Assembly: GCF_001194135.2 (NCBI RefSeq)
Contig: NC_068982.1
Span: 80,443,669-80,476,481, forward strand
DNA length: 32,813 nt
DNA from: Octopus bimaculoides
Taxonomy: Eukaryota
Direction: 5' to 3'
The notes beneath the pieces are model-generated. The model did no database searches. It was not told the origin of the DNA and was given only the letters and a program-made list of their open reading frames with translations. The translations under genes were made by a program, and so were the position numbers. This document shows, one piece after another, positions 26,336 through 32,813 of the stretch (its first letter is position 1; every line of letters begins with the position of its first letter).

Positions 26336-26530
26336 GCGCAAGCGTGGCTGTGTGATATGAAAGCTTGCTTCCAAACCACATGATTCGGGTTTCAATCCCA
26401 CAGAGTGGCGTCTTAAACAAATGTCTTTTATAATAGCCTCGGCTCGACCAAAGCCCTGTGAGTGGATTTGATAGATGGAAACTGAAAGTACCCCGTCGTA
26501 TACATGTACGCACATACACACATATATATG
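26336..26530 (+). mobile_element. SINE 5' half with tRNA-derived head (same family)
   Basis: GCGCAAGCGTGGCTGTGTGA (A-box-like), GGGTTTCAATCCC (B-box-like), then 'atagcctcggctcgaccaaagccctgtgagtggatttgatagatggaaactgaaag', matching the reverse complement of 16300-16365. Confidence 0.85.
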
Positions 26531-26634
26531 TATTTATCCTTTAAGTTCGTTTACAGAAAACGTTGAGTATGCATGTAAAGACTCCTATTTTATTATGCCG
26601 GTTATAACTTAATGATACCAACTGGCGATACCAT

Positions 26635-26727
<93 letters not shown>

Positions 26728-26728
<1 letters not shown>

Positions 26729-27454
26729 CCAGTAAGAATGTACAGAAAAACGAATGCACAGAACAGAGATTATGTGATCAAGCAAGAGCAATACAAAGGA
26801 ATGGATGGTTGTCAGAATTGGGTCTAGAAGCTTATTAAAAGAAGGATATTGGGTGATGCTGGGCATACGAGAAATAAATGTGGTATAGTGGAAGAGATGA
26901 ACAATTGCTCGCAAGAATATACTACCGTGAGTCGTGAAAGAATCGAGATCAGTGACTACTCAAACAATGAAGACCGATTACTAATAAACGCGAAATCCTG
27001 TGGGATGCAATGATTCAGTGCAATCATCTGACCAGGTATCGGAAACCAGACATTGCTGTAGTTGTTGTAGCGAATAAAAAAGAAAGAAGTTGCATGATAA
27101 TCGACATAGCATGTCCCGATGACAACAAGATCAAAGAGAAAGAAGAAAAACTGAACAACTACGAGGATTTGAAGTGGGAAATACGAAGGTTGTGGTCAAT
27201 GAGGAGAGTAGACGTGGTACCAATAGTAACTGGCGCACTTGGGAGTGCCAGTAATCAACTACCAGCATGGATCAAAAAGATTGGTACAAATGCAAAGGTA
27301 GAACACCTTCGAAAATCAGCATTGCTTGGAACAGCATGAATTCTTCGCAGGGTTCTTGAAGCATGTCCAGTAAACAAGTGTCATCTTAGTCTGCTGGCTG
27401 TGGACAGCTGACACTTTCCATCGTACCCAGCAAAATAAGCTGAGGTTTTTCATA

Positions 27455-27457
<3 letters not shown>
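26728..27457 (+). mobile_element. R4/Dong-type LINE derivative lacking RT (N-terminal region joined to RLE and 3'UTR)
   Basis: 26761-26820 encodes EQRLCDQARAIQRNGWLSEL, which I recognise as a pre-RT N-terminal motif. From ~26990 it reads ILWDAMIQCNHLTRYRKPDI..IIDIACPDD..KEEKLNNYEDLKWEI..VPIVTGALG..KSALLGTA*ILRRVL. It is flanked by (TAA)n and (CAA)n. Confidence 0.85.
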
Positions 27458-27491
<34 letters not shown>

Positions 27492-27524
27492 AATGATGTT
27501 GATGATGATGATGATGATGATGAC

Positions 27525-27555
<31 letters not shown>

Positions 27556-27567
27556 GTGATGAGGATG

Positions 27568-27619
<52 letters not shown>
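27458..27619. repeat. (CAA)n-(GAT)n-(TAA)n compound array
   Basis: Directly visible at the LINE 3' end. Confidence 0.95.
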
Positions 27620-28277
27620 NNNNNNNNNNNNNNNNNNNNNNNNNNNNNNNNNNNNNNNNNNNNNNNNNNNNNNNNNNNNNNNNNNNNNNNNNNNNNNNNN
27701 NNNNNNNNNNNNNNNNNNNNNNNNNNNNNNNNNNNNNNNNNNNNNNNNNNNNNNNNNNNNNNNNNNNNNNNNNNNNNNNNNNNNNNNNNNNNNNNNNNNN
27801 NNNNNNNNNNNNNNNNNNNNNNNNNNNNNNNNNNNNNNNNNNNNNNNNNNNNNNNNNNNNNNNNNNNNNNNNNNNNNNNNNNNNNNNNNNNNNNNNNNNN
27901 NNNNNNNNNNNNNNNNNNNNNNNNNNNNNNNNNNNNNNNNNNNNNNNNNNNNNNNNNNNNNNNNNNNNNNNNNNNNNNNNNNNNNNNNNNNNNNNNNNNN
28001 NNNNNNNNNNNNNNNNNNNNNNNNNNNNNNNNNNNNNNNNNNNNNNNNNNNNNNNNNNNNNNNNNNNNNNNNNNNNNNNNNNNNNNNNNNNNNNNNNNNN
28101 NNNNNNNNNNNNNNNNNNNNNNACTTATAGAAAATCTTTTAGAAAAATTAAACGCAATTAAAGTCACTAGCTTGAGAATTAAAGAAATGAGAAAAAGTAA
28201 AAACATTGAATCCCTTTACCATTCTACTTCTTGTTGGTTTTTCTTCGAGAATATTCATTACGCTCCCTCTCTCCCCA

Positions 28278-28327
<50 letters not shown>

Positions 28328-28642
28328 CTTCCTTAGAATTATTCAGGTTTTAAAACCTATGGCTACGAACAAATATCTCATTTAAAAAAATAATAACAAT
28401 TTCTGTTGCTCTTTTTTTTGTAAAAAAGCTTATTTAATATCATACATAATTAAAATTCAATATTGCACTGACGAGATCAATGAAGAATGAAACTCTTCTA
28501 TATAATTGGCATTTTATTATCGTCATTATCATCCCGAAGTAAATACGAAATAGATTCTGTCTTTCACAAAAGGAAACTTATGGACTAATCATACTGATAC
28601 TTGTAAACTTAAAGGATCTGCAACTACTATTTGGTGGTGGTT

Positions 28643-28714
<72 letters not shown>

Positions 28715-28905
28715 ATTATAATTATAATAATAATACCAATAATAATGATAAAAATTCAAAAAATAAAAATGTCGATAAGATAAGTGTACATTCAGTGCGT
28801 GAAGAGACTTTGTTGATCTAAGCTGAATAGGGGTGACTTGACTGGTCATTAATGCCTCTGCCGTGGGNNNNNNNNNNATATATATATATATATATATATA
28901 CATAT

Positions 28906-30060
28906 ATCAGTATTAGGATAACGAACCTCTCTAAAGAAACATTCGATAAGGCAGCCCCGACTATAATAACACCATAGCAAATAGTGACTTCATGAAGAAG
29001 ATGGTCAAAACCACTGCAAAAATATATGAAGCCTAAGGATAGACCTAGGAAGATTATATGGAACCTCCCACCACTTTCTCTTTGTGTGATAAAACAAACG
29101 TAGGTAGAAAATTCTTTGCCCCGATAGATACGCATTTTCCGGGTAGCCATTGGTGCAAAAACGTTTAATAGACGTTCAGTGAATGTCTTTTACAGCCACT
29201 GCCCAATATTAAAAATATTATTACTCGCAAGTCACGCTAAGTGCTTACTCCAAAATGAAACTCCAGAGACCTAGACACTTGCCCACTCCTGACCAGCCAA
29301 GCATGGCTAGCTCAGTGGTTTATCATGCTGAAGTCACGTCAGAGCTATAAAATAACGAAGTTCAAATGAAAGGTATGTTGGTCTATGTGATAGGGATTTC
29401 AAAATGTTATGCTGACCTACAGTCTTCTTTCCGAAACGTAAATAGAAAAAAAGCGCAATGTTAGATTAGCCATATTTAGGAGCTAAACGCTAACAGTACT
29501 CCACACACCAAGTGGACAATTGTAGTCCACGCCATACGTTAATGAGTTAGGAACGTTCAGGATTTGTATAACTAAAAGAACACGTATCCATTTTTGATAA
29601 AAAAAAAAAACTCCGATGATTGATTGAATTCTGAATCCGAGATATTTACTAGATGCAGCTGGATAAGTTTCTATAATCGAACTGCCGAACACCAACCTCT
29701 GGATTAATCATACATTCTCACAAGCTTTCATTTTCCTCGTCGAATTACCCACACAAACTGGTTAATTTTCATTCTAATGAACTAAAAGGACACAGCTCTT
29801 ATCTATCTTCCCGCCATGCTTTTTTTCTCACACACTTTTTTCTTTCATTTTTTTTTCTCTCGTTCTTTCTCGTTTTCCTCTTAAAGAGCAGTTATGCTTT
29901 ATTTCTGGCCTGAAGAGTTGAGTGATATTTCAGAAGTGTTACACTGCTATATTAGGTGGCTATTTAAGTAATGTGTCCAGGGGTGACTAATGGCTTGGAT
30001 GTGTTGCTCAAGAAGGAGCAAGAACTCTTGAAATATGCAAATACACCCATTACCTATTTT
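28906..30060 (+). mobile_element. Second Penelope-like element, heavily frameshifted (RT C-terminus, linker, GIY-YIG, 3' region)
   Basis: Stitching frames gives ISIRITNLS..KETFDKAAP.YNN; RPRKIIWNLPPLS; KTNVGRKFF..IDTHFPGSH; TFNRRSVNVFYS..LPNIKNII; SSVVYHAEVTS; RYVGLCDRDFK..YADLQSSFRN; ELNANSTPHTKWTIV; PYVN..RICIT; LNSESEIFTRC. The motifs are colinear with PLE RT-EN proteins. The 3' boundary is approximate. Confidence 0.8.
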
Positions 30061-30390
30061 TCTATCTTCGATCACATTGTTTACATAGATGTATTTGTAT
30101 ATGAAATGTAGCAACTTCCAGTGCTTGCTCTAGTTTCTATAGAAAATCTGTAGAAATAAGNNNNNNNNNNNNNNNNNNNNNNNNNNNNNNNNNNNNNNNN
30201 NNNNNNNNNNNNNNNNNNNNNNNNNNNNNNNNNNNNNNNNNNNNNNNNNNNNNNNNNNNNNNNNNNNNNNNNNNNNNNNNNNNNNNNNNNNNNNNNNNNN
30301 NNNNNNNNNNNNNNNNNNNNNNNNNNNNNNNNNNNNNNNNNNNNNNNNNNNNNNNNNNNNNNNNNNNNNNNNNNNNNNNNNNNNNNNNNN

Positions 30391-30434
<44 letters not shown>

Positions 30435-30863
30435 TGTGTGTGTGTGAACGCTTACCTTCCATCTTCCTTTCTAACATTAAATCTTCCTCTTTCTCTCCTT
30501 TCGTTTTACCTTTTACCCTTTTCACTCCCTATCCACTATACTGCACCTTATTTCTTTGTCTGTTTTGTTATACTCATTCGCCCTTGTTTTATTTTTTAAT
30601 GATTTATTTTTCTTAATTCTTCATTTCTAAAACGATTTTTCCTTTGCTGCAACTTTCATAACTATTGCCATCTACTGTTATTATTATTTCTATGTGCATT
30701 TGTAATTTATGTTATTCACTCTTATTCAGTTTTGAATAAACTTTAATGATGACAATATTTGTCAAACATATTATCCATTAGATATCATCAGTTCTATACT
30801 CTACCTCGCTATTAGAGTACTTCTTACATACTCCCTCTTGTTTTGTATCTTTGTGGTCACATG

Positions 30864-30920
<57 letters not shown>

Positions 30921-30930
30921 NNNNNNNNNN

Positions 30931-30990
<60 letters not shown>

Positions 30991-31309
30991 TGTGTGTGTG
31001 TCTGTGTGTGGGTGTGCGTGCGTGCGTGTATGTACTATGAAAAATAGCTATCAGTTGTAGAAGCCCCTAAAATTTCATAAAACCAGTGAAAGACTACTGT
31101 AATTGTGTATGGAGTAAGCAATTAATTCTGAGGAGCCTATTAACGGTCGACAGTTCTTGAGTGTAACGAATTCCAGACATTCTGTTTCTTGCATAATTCA
31201 AAAGAACAAAGAAAAAATGTAAAACAAGCTTTGTTAAAGCACTCATAATACAGGACAATCCATTGATCGCTATCTTCTGCTTTTAAACACACAATGAATG
31301 CTGTTGATA

Positions 31310-31790
31310 TAGAACCTCACTTTAAACATCCTTGTTGATCTGACTATTCTCTGATATGACTACGTACAAAGGTTTTCATAATTTGTAATTCCTGAATAGT
31401 TCCTATAAAACTGAGCGCGTGAAAAGTATGGGTGTTACCATTTTTTGAAACCAGCATCCCTAAGCTCTGACTTTCATCCTTATTAACGGATATTGCAAGG
31501 CATATCTGAATTGTAAACTGAAATACTTAAAATTCAATCGATCATTTTGACATTATTGGAATTCTTGGAATGAAAATAATTTTCTCCTTTCTACATTCCT
31601 GCAAGGATAATAGAAACTTCAGTTACATGCAGCATTTGTTAAATTTTCTTTCACTGAGTTTTTCAAAGAACGATAGGGGTAGGGATCATAATATTTTCAC
31701 TGAGATCAATTTTGGATAAGGCTAAGTTTAAATACCTGGATATCGATATCTCCAGAAAATGAAAGAAAAGCTGACGGGAATGGATTCCTG
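31310..31790 (-). mobile_element. Helitron RepHel (PIF1-like helicase) C-terminal remnant
   Basis: The minus strand gives ..HVTEVSIILAG..KGE / IIFIPRIPIMS..IEF*VFQFTIQICLAISVNKDESQSL / FSRAQFY..SGITNYENL / NKDV*SEVL. These are degenerate versions of VFIPRI, QFPxRLxFAxSINKSQGQSL, FSHGQLYVAxSRV and NVVYxEVL. Confidence 0.75.
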
Positions 31791-31889
31791 AGTTTTGTAA
31801 TTCTGGAAGATGAATAATTTGAAGTCATTAGCGTTGGATGTCGAAAGTGAGGGGTTAATAGTAGAGACAATAAGGTGCTTTGGTGTCGG

Positions 31890-32116
31890 AGGAGGAGGAC
31901 GTACTTGTTGTAGTTGTTGTTCTTGTTGCTGTTGTAGCTGTTTTTGTTGTTCTTTAGCCTCGGCTTATCAGCATTGGCTTCAGCTATCTCTGATTAAAAG
32001 CGTTCTAGCCTTGACCATCCTGTTCTTCTCTGCAATTTGTTCATTTCAAAACGGTAAGGTATAACAGAAAATTCGGCTGCTATCAAATATTTTTGTTTAC
32101 TGTTTGTTGTTGTTGT

Positions 32117-32164
<48 letters not shown>

Positions 32165-32813
32165 CGACGATGATGATGATACAAGCTACAATTAGTATTG
32201 CTTCTGTCTTTGTCGCAGTCTTGATGGCCATCTGTCTAGCTGTAGCTGTGGTAGAGAGTGATGTTGCAGTTGGTGGTGATGCAGTGACAAACATTAAGCA
32301 CTGACTTCGTTGTTATTCTTGCTGACGTTTTGTTTCGTTTAACATTTTCTAAAACCACCACCACCACTACCACTACCAAGAACAAGAACAACAACAAACA
32401 ACAACGATACAACCACTATAATTACTAGAGCAACAATGCGGCACCAACTGCAACAACGTGACTATCGAACCGACGATGGGAGCTCCACACAGTCGCTTGA
32501 TATGCTAGAGACGGCAGCCATACATGGATATAAAGATGGGATGGTTACATCTGGAACACATTTGACCCTTGGTTCTCGGAACCAGAGCTAGTCTAAGAAC
32601 AACAACAACAACAAGAGCAAAAATTATATCGAAAACTAGTAACTCTACCATCGTCACAACAATCATCTGGAAAAGATGCAATATCTAATTGATCAGTTTT
32701 ACAATCACCACCACCACTACCACGACGACGACGACGACCACCACCACCACCACCACCACCACCTCCACCACCACCACTTACAACAACAACAACAAAAACA
32801 TAACCCTAACCAC
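31890..32813. repeat. Trinucleotide-rich low-complexity region ((TTG)n,(GAT)n,(CAC)n,(CAA)n)
   Basis: Directly visible. Confidence 0.8.

Noticed and set aside
29200-29820. Selenocysteine recoding or SECIS in the second PLE
   Set aside because: No TGA at recognisable Cys positions and no convincing SECIS stem in this decayed copy.
32482-32525. 'ctccacacagtcgcttgatatgctagagacggcagcc' resembling a remembered octopus repeat tail
   Set aside because: Too short and degenerate to support without a database search.

Overview
AT-rich, microsatellite-dense animal genomic DNA with 13 N-gaps. It is most likely cephalopod (Octopus-like), inferred from a recurrent CORE-type tRNA-SINE recognised from memory and the very high (TA)n/(CA)n/(TAA)n density. 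No intact host gene is supported, and almost every ORF in the supplied track is a microsatellite or gap artefact. The interpretable sequence is decayed transposons: two mariner pieces, three internally deleted R4/Dong-type RLE LINE loci, a Tx1/L1-like LINE, two Penelope-like elements of different types, a hAT MITE with a nested SINE, other SINE pieces and a Helitron helicase remnant. There are also two large inverted-repeat structures. The most notable signals are (1) an apparently intact minimal type-I hammerhead ribozyme with a compensatory U3-A8 core at the 3' end of the first Penelope-like element, (2) repeated internal deletion and domain scrambling of Dong/R4 copies stacked head-to-tail at (TAA)n arrays, and (3) a ~770-bp fold-back palindrome. 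I do not see evidence for a wholly new multi-gene system. All family assignments come from manual translation and remembered motifs, not database searches.
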